Of a stretch of DNA of 64,000 nt, positions 14,929 through 30,500 are shown one piece after another. Origin of the DNA: Eledone cirrhosa. Lineage: Eukaryota. The DNA is taken from positions 98,704,001-98,768,000 of the forward strand of contig OZ024744.1 of the NCBI GenBank assembly GCA_964016885.1, given 5' to 3'. The notes under the pieces were generated by a model that had not been told where the DNA came from, ran no database searches, and saw only the letters and a list, made by a program, of their open reading frames with translations. Positions within the stretch are counted from its first letter, which is position 1. Each line of letters starts with the position of its first letter. Both the position numbers and the translations under genes were made by a program.

Positions 14929-17807
14929 ATTTATTAAGCACTATTCCAAAGATTCACCCCCACTTCTTTCCATAACATGGAACTGGGAAATTATAACACA
15001 CATAATCCTATCAGAACAATTATTAGGGCAAATAATATTTATTAAGCACTATTCCAAGGATTCACCACAACTTCTTTCCATAACATTTTACTGGGAAATT
15101 ATAACACACATACCCCTATCAGAACAACTATTAGGGCCATTAATATTTATTAAGCACTATTCCAAAGATTCACCACAACTTCTTTCCATAACATAGAACT
15201 GGGAAATTATAACACACATAACCTTATCAGAACAACTATTAGGGCCAGTGATATTTATTAAACACTATTCCAAAGATTCACCACAACTTCTTTCCATAAC
15301 ATGTAACTGGGAAATTTTAACACACATAACTCTATCAGAAGAACTTTTAGGGCCAGTAATATTTATTAAACACTATTCCAAAGATTCACCACAACTTCTT
15401 TCCATAACATGTAACTGGGAAATTATAACACACATAACCCTATCAGAACACCTATTAGGGCCATTAATATTTATTAAGCACTATTCCAAAGATTCATCAC
15501 TTCTTTCCATAACATGGAACTGGGAAATTATAACAGACATTACCCTATCAGAACAATTATTAGGGCATTAATTTTTTTTAAACATTATTCCAAATATTCA
15601 CCACAACTTCTTTCCATAACATGTAACTGGGAAATTATAACACACATAACCCTATCAGAACAACTATTAGGGCCATTAATATTTATTAAACACTATTCCA
15701 AAGATTTACCACAACTTCTTTCCATAACATGTAACTGGGAAATTATAACACACATAACCCTATCAGAACAACTATTAGGGCCATTAATATTTATTAAACA
15801 CTATTCCAAAGATTTACCACAACTTCTTTCCATAACATGTAACTGGGAAATTATAACACACATAACCCTATCAGAACACTTTTTAGGGCCAGTAATATTT
15901 ATTAAGCACTATTTCAAAGATTCACCACAACTTCTTTCCATAACATGGAACTGGGAAATTATAACACCCATAACCCTATCAGAACAACTATTAGTGCCAG
16001 TAATATTTATTAAGTACTATTCCAAAGATTCACCACAGCTTCTTTCCATAACATAGAACTGAGAAATTATAACACACATAACCCTATCAGAACAACCATT
16101 AGGGACATATATATTTATTAAGCACTATTCCAAAGATTCACCCCCACTTCTTTCCATAACAAGAAACTGGGCATTTATAACACACATAACCCTATCAGAA
16201 CAACTATTAGTGCCATAAATATTTTTAAAACACTATTCCAAAGATTCACCACCACTTCTTTCCATAACATCGAACTGGGAAATTATAACACACATAATCC
16301 TATCAGAACACTTTTTAGGGCCAGTAATTTTTATTAAGCACTATTTCAAAGATTCACCACAACTTCTTTCCATAACATGGAACAGGGAAATTATAACACA
16401 CATAACCCTGTCAGAACACTTTTTAGGGCCAGTAATATTTATTAAGTACTATTGCAAAGATTCACCACAACTTCTTTCCATAACATGGAACTGGGAAATT
16501 GTAACACACATAACCCTATCAGAACAACTATTAGGGCCAGTGATATTTATTAAACACTATTCCAAAGATTCACCACAACTTCTTTCCATAACATGGAACA
16601 GGGAAATTATAACACACATAACCCTATCAGAACAACTATTAGGACCATTAATATTTATTAAGTACCATTCCAAAGATTCTCCACAACTTATTTCCATAAC
16701 ATGTAACTGGGAAATTATAACACACATTACCCTATCAGAACAACTATTAGGGCCAGTAATATTTATTAAACACTATTCCAAAGATTCACCACAACTTCTT
16801 TCCATAACATCGAACTGGGAAATTATAACACACATTACCCTATCAGAACACCTATTAGGGCCATTAATATTTATTAAGCACTATTCCAAAGATTCACCAC
16901 AACTTCTTTCCATAACATCGAACTGGGAAATTATAACACACATTACCCTATCAGAACACCTATTAGGGCCATTAATATTTATTAAGTACCATTCCAAAGA
17001 TTCTCCACAACTTATTTCCATAACATGTAACTGGGAAATTATAACACACATAATCCTATCAGAACACTTTTTAGGGCCAGTAATATTTATTAAGCACTAT
17101 TCCAAAGATTCACCACAACTTCTTTCCACAACATGGAACTGGGAAATTATAACACACATAATCCTATCCGAACAACTATTAGGGCCATTAATATTTATTA
17201 AACACTATTCCAAAGATTCACCACCACTTCTTTTCCATAACATGGAACTGGGACATTATAACACACATAATCCTATCAGAACACTTTTTAGGAACAAAAA
17301 TATTTATTAAGCACTATTCCAAAGATTCACCTCAACTTTCCATAACATGGAACTGGTAAATTATAACAAACATAACCCTAACAGAACAACTATTAGGATC
17401 ATTAATATTTATTAAGCACTATTCCAAAGATTCACCACAACTTACCATAACATGGAACTGGGAAATTATAACACACATAACCCTATCAGAACACCTATTA
17501 TGGCCATTAATATTTATTAAGTACTATTCCAAAGATTCACCATAACTTCTTTCCATAACATGTAACTTGGAAATTATAACACACATAACCCTATCAGAAC
17601 AACAATTAGGGACATATATATTTATTAAGCACTATTCCAAAGATTCACCCCAACTTCTTTCCATAACAAGAAACTAGGAAATTATAACACACATAACCCT
17701 ATCAGAACAATTATTAGGGCCAATAATATTTATTAAGCACTATTCCAAGGATTCACCACAACTTCTTTCCATAACATTTAACTGGGAAATTATAACAGAC
17801 ATAACCT

Positions 17808-18589
17808 GTAAAAACCCAGCGTCCACATACTCCCTCCACAGCACTAATATCAAGAAGTCTTCCTGTGAACGTGACCTGGGCATTACGGTCAGCAGCGATC
17901 TGCGTTGGACGAGGCACGTCTCTAAAATTGTCAAGAGGGCCGAGGGTGTCTTAGCATCACTCAGCAAGACCTTTGTCAGCCGCTCTCCAGATATCTATTT
18001 AAGGCTGTATACAGCTATGGTGCGACCGCACTTATAATTTGCATCACCAGTCTGGAACCCCTATCTTGCTCAGGACATTGACCGCCTGGAAACTGTTCAG
18101 AGACGTGCAATCAAGCGAATACCCTCCATCAGGCATCTACCATATACTGAGCGCCTTGCTTCCCTGGGCATGGATTCATTGAAGCTCCGACGCCTGGTAA
18201 CTGACTTGGTAAACACCCACAAAATTGTTAACCATGTTGCCAACAACAACCCTGAGTACCTTTTCGATTTCCATGTGTCTAACACACGTGGACATGCCCA
18301 CAAAGTAAGAAAACAGCACAGTTCCCATGACTTTCGGAAACATTTTTTCACGCTCAGAGTTGCTGAAGCATGGAACATACTACCTGCATCAGTTGTTGGC
18401 TGTCGAGACACTGCATCCTTTAAGGCCTCCATGCTTCCCGAGATCCGCCAACAGAATAGCTAACACATACACACATGTACTTCCCTGACATTTGTGTATT
18501 ATTCTATGTACTATATTGACGAGTTGTAGTGCAGCTGTGCACTTTACACAATAATTTTATTATTATTATTATTATTCCAAATTATTATT
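17808..18589 (+). mobile_element. 5'-truncated CR1-group LINE 3' fragment inserted in the satellite
   Basis: Translates as ERDLGITVSSDLRW...VRPHL*FASPVWNPY...QRRAIK...TRGH...FFTLRVAEAWNILP, with a premature TAA at 18035-18037 and a (TTA)n tail. Closely similar to the copy at 57608-58493. Confidence 0.92.
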
Positions 18590-21500
18590 AGAACAATTAT
18601 TAGGGCCATTAATTTTTTTTAAACACTATTCCAAAATTCACCACCACTTCTTTCCATAACATGTATCTTGGAGATTATATCACATAACCCTATCAGGACA
18701 ACTATTAGGGCCAGTAATATTTATTTAGCACTATTCCAAAGATTCACCATAACTTCTTTCCATAACATGTAACTGGGAAATTATAACACACGTAACCCTA
18801 TCAGAACAACTATTAGGGCCATAAATATTTTTTAAATACTATTCCAAAGATTCACCACCACTTCTTTCCATAACATCAAACTGGGAAATTATAACACACA
18901 TAATCCTATCAGAACACTTTTTAGGGCCAGTAATATTTATTAAGTACTATTGCAAAGATTCACCACAACTTTCCATAACATGGAACTGGGAAATTATAAC
19001 ACACATAACCCTATCAGAACAACTATTAGGGCCAGTTATATTTATTAAGCACTATTCCAAAGATTCACCGCAACTTCTTTCCATAACATGGAACTGGGAA
19101 ATTATAACACACATAACCCTATCAGAACAACTATTAGGGCCATTAATATTTATTAAGCACTATTCCAAAGATTCACCAAACTTATTTCCATAACATGTAA
19201 CTGGGAAATTATAACACACATAACCCTATCAGAACAACTATTAGGGCCATTAATATTTATTAAACACTATTCCAAAGATTCACCACAACTTCTTTACATA
19301 ACATGGAACTTGGAAATTATAACACAGATAAACCTATCACAACAACTGTTAGGGCCAGTAATATTTATTAAACACTATTCAAAGATTCACCACAACTTCT
19401 TTCCATAACATGTAACTGGGAAATTATAACACACATAACCCTATCAGAACAACTATTAGGGCCATTAATATTTATTAAGCACTATTCCAAAGATTCACCA
19501 CCACTTCTTTCTATAACATGTAACTTGGAAATTATAATACATAACCCTATCAGAACAACTATTAGGGCCAGTAATATTTATTAAGCACTATTCCAAAGAT
19601 TCACCACAACTTCTTTCCATAACATGTAACTGGGAAATTATAACACACATAACCCTATCAGAACAACTATTAGGGCCATTAATATTTATTAAACACTATT
19701 CCAAAGATTCACCACCACTTCTTTCCATAACATCGAACTGGGCAATTATAACACACATAATCCTATCAGAACACTTTTTAGGGCCAGTAATATTTATTAA
19801 GCACTATTCCAAAGATTCACCACAACTTCTTTCCATAACATGTAACTGGGAAATTATAACACACATAACCCTATCAGAACAACTATTAGGTCCAGTAATA
19901 TTTATTAAGCACTATTCCAAAGATTCACCACAATTTCTTTCCATAACATGGAACTGGGAAATTATAACACACATAACCCTATCAGAACACCTATTAGAGC
20001 CATTAATATTTATTAAACACTATTCCAAAGTTTCACCACAACTTACCATAAAATGGAACTGGAAAATTATAACACACATAACCCTATCAGAACAACTATT
20101 CGGGCCAGTAATATTTATTAAGCACTATTCAAAAGATTCACCACAACTTCTTTCCATAACAGGTAACTGGGAAATTATAACAGACATAAACATATCAGAA
20201 CAATTATTAGGGCCATTAATTTTTTTAAACACTATTCCAAAGATTCATCAAGACTTCTTTCCATAACATGTAACTTGGAGATTATAACACATAACCCTAT
20301 CAGAACACCTATTATGGCCATAAATATTTATTAAGCACTATTCCAACGATTCACGATATCTTCTTTCCATAACATGTAACTGGGATATTATAACACACAT
20401 AACCCTATCAGAACAACTATTAGGGCCAATAATGTTTTTTAAATACTATTCCAAAGATTCACCACCACTTCTTTCCATAACATCAAACTGGGAAATTATA
20501 ACACACATAATCCTATCAGAACACTTTTTAGGGCCAGTAATATTTATTAAGCACTATTCCAAAGATTCACCACAACATTCCATAATATATAACTTGGAAA
20601 TTATAACACATAACCCTATCAGAACAACTATTAGGGCCAGTAATATTTATTAAGCACTATTCCAAAGATTCACCATAACTTCTTTCCATAACACGTAACT
20701 GGGAATTTATAACACACATAACCCTATCAGAACGACTATTACGACCATTATTATTTATTAAGTACTATTCCAAAGATTCACCACAACTTCTTTCCATAAC
20801 ATGGAACTGGGAAATTATAACACACATAACCCTATCAGAACAACTATTAGGGCCATTAATATTTATTAAGCTCTATTCCAAAGATTCACCACAACTTCTT
20901 TCCATAACATGGAACCGGGAAATTATAACACAGATAAACCTATCACAACAACTGTTAGGGCCAGTAATATTTATTAAACACTATTCAAAGATTCACCACA
21001 ACTTCTTTCCATAACATGTAACTGGGAAATTATAACACACATAACCCTATCAGAACAACTATTAGGGCCATTAATATTTATTAAGCACTTTTCCAAAGAT
21101 TCACCACCACTTCTTTCTATAACATGTAACTTGGAAATTGTAATACATAACCCTATCAGAACAACTATTAGGACCATTAATATTTATTAAGCACTATTCC
21201 AAAGATTCACCACAATTTCTTTCCATAACATGGAACTGGGAAATTATAGCACACATAACCCTATGAGAACAACTATTAGGGCCATTAATATTTATTAAAC
21301 ACTATTCCCAAGATTCACCTCAACTTTCCATAACATGGAAGTGGGAAATTATAACAAACATAACCCTATCAGAACACCTATTAGAGCCATTAATATTTAT
21401 TAAACACTATTCCAAAGATTCACCACAACTTTCCATAACATGAAACTGGAAAATTATAACACACATAACGCTATGAGAACAACTATTCGGGCCAGTAATA

Positions 21501-24500
21501 TTTATTAAGCACTATTCCAAAGATTCACCACAACTTCTTTCCATAACATGTAACTGGGAAATTATAACACACATAATCCTATCAGAACACTTTTTAGGGC
21601 CAGTAATATTTCTTAAGCACTATTCCAAAGATTCACCACAACTTCTTTCCATAACATCGAACTGAGAAATTATAACAGACATAAACATATCAGAACAATT
21701 ATTAGGGCCATTAATTTTTTTTAAACACTATTCCAAAGATTCATCAAAACTTCTTTCCATAACATGTAACTTGGAGATTATAACACATAACCCTATCAGA
21801 ACAACTATTAGGGCCAATAATATTTATTAAACACTATTCCAAAGATTCACCATAACTTCTTTCCATAACATGTAACTGGGAAATTATAACACAAATAACC
21901 CTATCAGAGCAATTATTAGGGCCAGTAATATTTATTAAGCACTATTCCAAAGATTCACCACCACTTCTTTCCATAACATGTACCTTGGAAATTATAACAC
22001 ACATAACCCTATCAGAACAACCGTTAGGGACATATATATTTATTAAGCACTATTCCAAAGATTCACCCCCACTTCTTTCCATAACAAGAAACTGGGAAAT
22101 TATAACACACATAACACTGTCAGAACAACTATTAGGGTCAGTAATATTTATTAAGCACTATTCCAAGGATTCACCACAACTTCTTTCTATAACATGTAAC
22201 TTGGAAATTATAATACATAACCCTATCAGAACAACTATTAGGGCCAGTAATATTTATTAAGCACTATTCCAAAGATTCACCACAACTTCTTTCCATAACA
22301 TGTAACTGGGAAATTATAACACACATAACCCTATCAGAACAACTATTAGGGCCATTAATATTTATTAAACACTATTCCAAAGATTCACCACCACTTCTTT
22401 CCATAACATCGAACTGGGCAATTATAACACACATAATCCTATCAGAACACTTTTTAGGGCCAGTAATATTTATTAAGCACTATTCCAAAGATTCACCACA
22501 ATTTCTTTCCATAACATGGAACTGGGAAATTATAACACACATAATCCTATCAGAACACTTTTTAGGGCCAGTAATATTTATTAAGCACTATTCCAAAGAT
22601 TCACCACAACATTCCATAATATATAACTTGGAAATTATAACACACATAATCCTATCAGAACACTTTTTAGGGCCAGTAATATTTATTAAGCACTATTCCA
22701 AAGATTCACCACAACATTCCATAATATATAACTTGGAAATTATAACACATAACCCTATCAGAACAACTATTAGGGCCAGTAATATTTATTAAGCACTATT
22801 CCAAAGATTCACCATAACTTCTTTCCATAACACGTAACTGGGAATTTATAACACACATAACCCTATCAGAACAACTATTACGAACATTAATATTTATTAA
22901 GTACTATTCCAAAGATTCACCACAACTTCTTTCCATAACATGGAACTGGGAAATTATAACACACATAACCCTATCAGAACAACTATTAGGGCCATTAATA
23001 TTTATTAAGCTCTATTCCAAAGATTCACCACAACTTCTTTCCATAACATGGAACCGGGAAATTATAACACAGATAAACCTATCACAACAACTGTTAGGGC
23101 CAGTAATATTTATTAAACACTATTCAAAGATTCACCACAACTTCTTTCCATAACATGTAACTGGGAAATTATAACACACATAACCCTATCAGAACAACTA
23201 TTAGGGCCATTAATATTTATTAAGCACTTTTCCAAAGATTCACCACCACTTCTTTCTATAACATGTAACTTGGAAATTGTAATACATAACCCTATCAGAA
23301 CAACTATTAGGACCATTAATATTTATTAAGCACTATTCCAAAGATTCACCACAATTTCTTTCCATAACATGGAACTGGGAAATTATAGCACACATAACAC
23401 TATGAGAACAACTATTAGGGCCATTAATATTTATTAAACACTATTCCCAAGATTCACCTCAACTTTCCATAACATGGAAGTGGGAAATTATAACAAACAT
23501 AACCCTATCAGAACACCTATTAGAGCCATTAATATTTATTAAACTCTATTCCAAAGATTCACCACAACTTTCCATAACATGAAACTGGAAAATTATAACA
23601 CACATAACGCTATGAGAACAACTATTCGGGCCAGTAATATTTATTAAGCACTATTCCAAAGATTCACCACAACTTCTTTCCATAACATGTAACTGGGAAA
23701 TTATAACACACATAATCCTATCAGAACACTTTTGAGGGCCAGTAATATTTATTAAGCACTATTCCAAAGATTCACCACAACTTCTTTCCATAACATCGAA
23801 CTGGTAAATTATAACAGACATAAACATATCAGAACAATTATTAGGGCCATTAATTTTTTTTAAACACTATTCCAAAGATTCATCAAAACTTCTTTCCATA
23901 ACATGTAACTTGGAGATTATAACACATAACCCTATCAGAACAACTATTAGGGCCAATAATATTTATTAAGCACTATTCCAAAGATTCACCATAACTTCTT
24001 TCCATAACATGTAACTGGGAAATTATAACACAAATAACCCTATCAGAGCAATTATTAGGGCCAGTAATATTCATTAAGCACTATTCCAAAGATTCACCAC
24101 CACTTCTTTCCATAACATGTACCTTGGAAATTATAACACACATAACCCTATCAGAACAACCGTTAGGGACATATATATTAATTAAGCACTATTCCAAAGA
24201 TTCACCCCCACTTCTTTCCATAACAAGAAACTGGGAAATTATAACACACGTAACACTGTCAGAACAACTATTAGGGTCAGTAATATTTATTAAGCACTAT
24301 TCCAAGGATTCACCACAACTTCTTTCTATAACATGTAACTTGGAAATTATGATACATAACCCTATCAGAACAACTATTAGGGCCAGTAATATTTATTAAG
24401 CACTATTCCAAAGATTCACCACAACTTCTTTCCATAACATGTAACTGGGAAATTATAACACACATAACCCTATCAGAACAACTATTAGGGCCATTAATAT

Positions 24501-27500
24501 TTATTAAACACTATTCCAAAGATTCACCACCACTTCTTTCCATAACATCGAACTGGGCAATTATAACACACATAATCCTATCAGAACACTTTTTAGGGCC
24601 AGTAATATTTATTAAGCACTATTCCAAAGATTCACCACAATTTCTTTCCATAACATGGAACTGGGAAATTATAACACACATAACCCTATCAGAACACCTA
24701 TTAGAGCCATTAATATTTATTAAACACTATTCAAAAGATTCACCACAACTTTCCATAACATGAAACTGGAAAATTATAACACACATAACGCTATGAGAAC
24801 AACTATTCGGGCCAGTAATATTTATTAAGCACTATTCCAAAGATTCACCACAACTTCTTTCCATAACATGTAACTGGGAAATTATAACAGACATAACCCT
24901 ATCAGAACACTTTTTTGGGCCAATAATATTTTTTAAATACTATTCCAAAGATTCACCACCACTTCTTTCCATAACATCAAACTGGGAAATTATAACACAC
25001 ATAATCCTATCAGAACACTTTTTAGGGCCAGTAATATTTATTAAGCACTATTCCAAAGATTCACCACAACATTCCATAATATATAACTTGGAAATTATAA
25101 CACATAACCCTATCAGAACAACTATTAGGGCCAGTAATATTTATTAAGCACTATTCCAAAGATTCACCATAACTTCTTTCCATAACACGTAACTGGGAAT
25201 TTATAACACACATAACCCTATCAGAACAACTATTACGACCATTAATATCTATTAAGTACTATTCCAAAGATTCATCACAACTTCTTTCCATAACATGGAA
25301 CTGGGAAATTATAACACACATAACCCTATCAGAACAACTATTAGGGCCATTAATATTTATTAAGCTCTATTCCAAAGATTCACCACAACTTCTTTCCATA
25401 ACATGGAACCGGGAAATTATAACACAGATAAACCTATCACAACAACTGTTAGGGCCAGTAATATTTATTAAACACTATTCAAAGATTCACCACAACTTCT
25501 TTCCATAACATGTAACTGGGAAATTATAACACACATAACCCTATCAGAACAACTATTAGGGCCATTAATATTTATTAAGCACTTTTCCAAAGATTCACCA
25601 CCACTTCTTTCTATAACATGTAACTTGGAAATTGTAATACATAACACTATCAGAACAACTATTAGGACCATTAATATTTATTAAGCACTATTCCAAAGAT
25701 TCACCACAATTTCTTTCCATAACATGGAACTGGGAAATTATAGCACACATAACCCTATGAGAACAACTATTAGGGCCATTAATATTTATTAAACACTATT
25801 CCCAAGATTCACCTCAACTTTCCATAACATGGAAGTGGGAAATTATAACAAACATAACCCTATCAGAACACCTATTAGAGCCATTAATATTTATTAAACA
25901 CTATTCCAAAGATTCACCACAACTTTCCATAACATGAAACTGGAAAATTATAACACACATAACGCTATGAGAACAACTATTCGGGCCAGTAATATTTATT
26001 AAGCACTATTCCAAAGATTCACCACAACTTCTTTCCATAACACGTAACTGGGAATTTATAACACACATAACCCTATCAGAACAACTATTACGACCATTAT
26101 TATTTATTAAGTACTATTCCAAAGATTCACCACAACTTCTTTCCATAACATGGAACTGGGAAATTATAACACACATAACCCTATCAGAACAACTATTAGG
26201 GCCATTAATATTTATTAAGCTCTATTCCAAAGATTCACCACAACTTCTTTCCATAACATGGAACCGGGAAATTATAACACAGATAAACCTATCACAACAA
26301 CTGTTAGGGCCAGTAATATTTATTAAACACTATTCAAAGATTCACCACAACTTCTTTCCATAACATGTAACTGGGAAATTATAACACACATAACCCTATC
26401 AGAACAACTATTAGGGCCATTAATATTTATTAAGCACTTTTCCAAAGATTCACCACCACTTCTTTCTATAACATGTAACTTGGAAATTGTAATACATAAC
26501 CCTATCAGAACAACTATTAGGACCATTAATATTTATTAAGCACTATTCCAAAGATTCACCACAATTTCTTTCCATAACATGGAACTGGGAAATTATAGCA
26601 CACATAACCCTATGAGAACAACTATTAGGGCCATTAATATTTATTAAACACTATTCCCAAGATTCACCTCAACTTTCCATAACATGGAAGTGGGAAATTA
26701 TAACAAACATAACCCTATCAGAACACCTATTAGAGCCATTAATATTTATTAAACACTATTCCAAAGATTCACCACAACTTTCCATAACATGAAACTGGAA
26801 AATTATAACACACATAACGCTATGAGAACAACTATTCGGGCCAGTAATATTTATTAAGCACTATTCCAAAGATTCACCACAACTTCTTTCCATAACATGT
26901 AACTGGGAAATTATAACACACATAATCCTATCAGAACACTTTTTAGGGCCAGTAATATTTCTTAAGCACTATTCCAAAGATTCACCACAACTTCTTTCCA
27001 TAACATCGAACTGAGAAATTATAACAGACATAAACATATCAGAACAATTATTAGGGCCATTAATTTTTTTTAAACACTATTCCAAAGATTCATCAAAACT
27101 TCTTTCCATAACATGTAACTTGGAGATTATAACACATAACCCTATCAGAACAACTATTAGGGCCAATAATATTTATTAAACACTATTCCAAAGATTCACC
27201 ATAACTTCTTTCCATAACATGTAACTGGGAAATTATAACACAAATAACCCTATCAGAGCAATTATTAGGGCCAGTAATATTTATTAAGCACTATTCCAAA
27301 GATTCACCACCACTTCTTTCCATAACATGTACCTTGGAAATTATAACACACATAACCCTATCAGAACAACCGTTAGGGACATATATATTTATTAAGCACT
27401 ATTCCAAAGATTCACCCCCACTTCTTTCCATAACAAGAAACTGGGAAATTATAACACACATAACACTGTCAGAACAACTATTAGGGTCAGTAATATTTAT

Positions 27501-30500
27501 TAAGCACTATTCCAAGGATTCACCACAACTTCTTTCTATAACATGTAACTTGGAAATTATAATACATAACCCTATCAGAACAACTATTAGGGCCAGTAAT
27601 ATTTATTAAGCACTATTCCAAAGATTCACCACAACTTCTTTCCATAACATGTAACTGGGAAATTATAACACACATAACCCTATCAGAACAACTATTAGGG
27701 CCATTAATATTTATTAAACACTATTCCAAAGATTCACCACAACTTCTTTCCATAACATCGAACTGGGCAATTATAACACACATAATCCTATCAGAACACT
27801 TTTTAGGGCCAGTAATATTTATTAAGCACTATTCCAAAGATTCACCACAATTTCTTTCCATAACATGGAACTGGGAAATTATAACACACATAATCCTATC
27901 AGAACACTTTTTAGGGCCAGTAATATTTATTAAGCACTATTCCAAAGATTCACCACAACATTCCATAATATATAACTTGGAAATTATAACACACATAATC
28001 CTATCAGAACACTTTTTAGGGCCAGTAATATTTATTAAGCACTATTCCAAAGATTCACCACAACATTCCATAATATATAACTTGGAAATTATAACACATA
28101 ACCCTATCAGAACAACTATTAGGGCCAGTAATATTTATTAAGCACTATTCCAAAGATTCACCATAACTTCTTTCCATAACACGTAACTGGGAATTTATAA
28201 CACACATAACCCTATCAGAACAACTATTACGAACATTAATATTTATTAAGTACTATTCCAAAGATTCACCACAACTTCTTTCCATAACATGGAACTGGGA
28301 AATTATAACACACATAACCCTATCAGAACAACTATTAGGGCCATTAATATTTATTAAGCTCTATTCCAAAGATTCACCACAACTTCTTTCCATAACATGG
28401 AACCGGGAAATTATAACACAGATAAACCTATCACAACAACTGTTAGGGCCAGTAATATTTATTAAACACTATTCAAAGATTCACCACAACTTCTTTCCAT
28501 AACATGTAACTGGGAAATTATAACACACATAACCCTATCAGAACAACTATTAGGGCCATTAATATTTATTAAGCACTTTTCCAAAGATTCACCACCACTT
28601 CTTTCTATAACATGTAACTTGGAAATTGTAATACATAACCCTATCAGAACAACTATTAGGACCATTAATATTTATTAAGCACTATTCCAAAGATTCACCA
28701 CAATTTCTTTCCATAACATGGAACTGGGAAATTATAGCACACATAACACTATGAGAACAACTATTAGGGCCATTAATATTTATTAAACACTATTCCCAAG
28801 ATTCACCTCAACTTTCCATAACATGGAAGTGGGAAATTATAACAAACATAACCCTATCAGAACACCTATTAGAGCCATTAATATTTATTAAACTCTATTC
28901 CAAAGATTCACCACAACTTTCCATAACATGAAACTGGAAAATTATAACACACATAACGCTATGAGAACAACTATTCGGGCCAGTAATATTTATTAAGCAC
29001 TATTCCAAAGATTCACCACAACTTCTTTCCATAACATGTAACTGGGAAATTATAACACACATAATCCTATCAGAACACTTTTGAGGGCCAGTAATATTTA
29101 TTAAGCACTATTCCAAAGATTCACCACAACTTCTTTCCATAACATCGAACTGGTAAATTATAACAGACATAAACATATCAGAACAATTATTAGGGCCATT
29201 AATTTTTTTTAAACACTATTCCAAAGATTCATCAAAACTTCTTTCCATAACATGTAACTTGGAGATTATAACACATAACCCTATCAGAACAACTATTAGG
29301 GCCAATAATATTTATTAAGCACTATTCCAAAGATTCACCATAACTTCTTTCCATAACATGTAACTGGGAAATTATAACACAAATAACCCTATCAGAGCAA
29401 TTATTAGGGCCAGTAATATTCATTAAGCACTATTCCAAAGATTCACCACCACTTCTTTCCATAACATGTACCTTGGAAATTATAACACACATAACCCTAT
29501 CAGAACAACCGTTAGGGACATATATATTAATTAAGCACTATTCCAAAGATTCACCCCCACTTCTTTCCATAACAAGAAACTGGGAAATTATAACACACGT
29601 AACACTGTCAGAACAACTATTAGGGTCAGTAATATTTATTAAGCACTATTCCAAGGATTCACCACAACTTCTTTCTATAACATGTAACTTGGAAATTATG
29701 ATACATAACCCTATCAGAACAACTATTAGGGCCAGTAATATTTATTAAGCACTATTCCAAAGATTCACCACAACTTCTTTCCATAACATGTAACTGGGAA
29801 ATTATAACACACATAACCCTATCAGAACAACTATTAGGGCCATTAATATTTATTAAACACTATTCCAAAGATTCACCACCACTTCTTTCCATAACATCGA
29901 ACTGGGCAATTATAACACACATAATCCTATCAGAACACTTTTTAGGGCCAGTAATATTTATTAAGCACTATTCCAAAGATTCACCACAATTTCTTTCCAT
30001 AACATGGAACTGGGAAATTATAACACACATAACCCTATCAGAACACCTATTAGAGCCATTAATATTTATTAAACACTATTCAAAAGATTCACCACAACTT
30101 TCCATAACATGAAACTGGAAAATTATAACACACATAACGCTATGAGAACAACTATTCGGGCCAGTAATATTTATTAAGCACTATTCCAAAGATTCACCAC
30201 AACTTCTTTCCATAACATGTAACTGGGAAATTATAACAGACATAACCCTATCAGAACACTTTTTAGGGCCAATAATATTTTTTAAATACTATTCCAAAGA
30301 TTCACCACCACTTCTTTCCATAACATCAAACTGGGAAATTATAACACACATAATCCTATCAGAACACTTTTTAGGGCCAGTAATATTTATTAAGCACTAT
30401 TCCAAAGATTCACCACAACATTCCATAATATATAACTTGGAAATTATAACACATAACCCTATCAGAACAACTATTAGGGCCAGTAATATTTATTAAGCAC

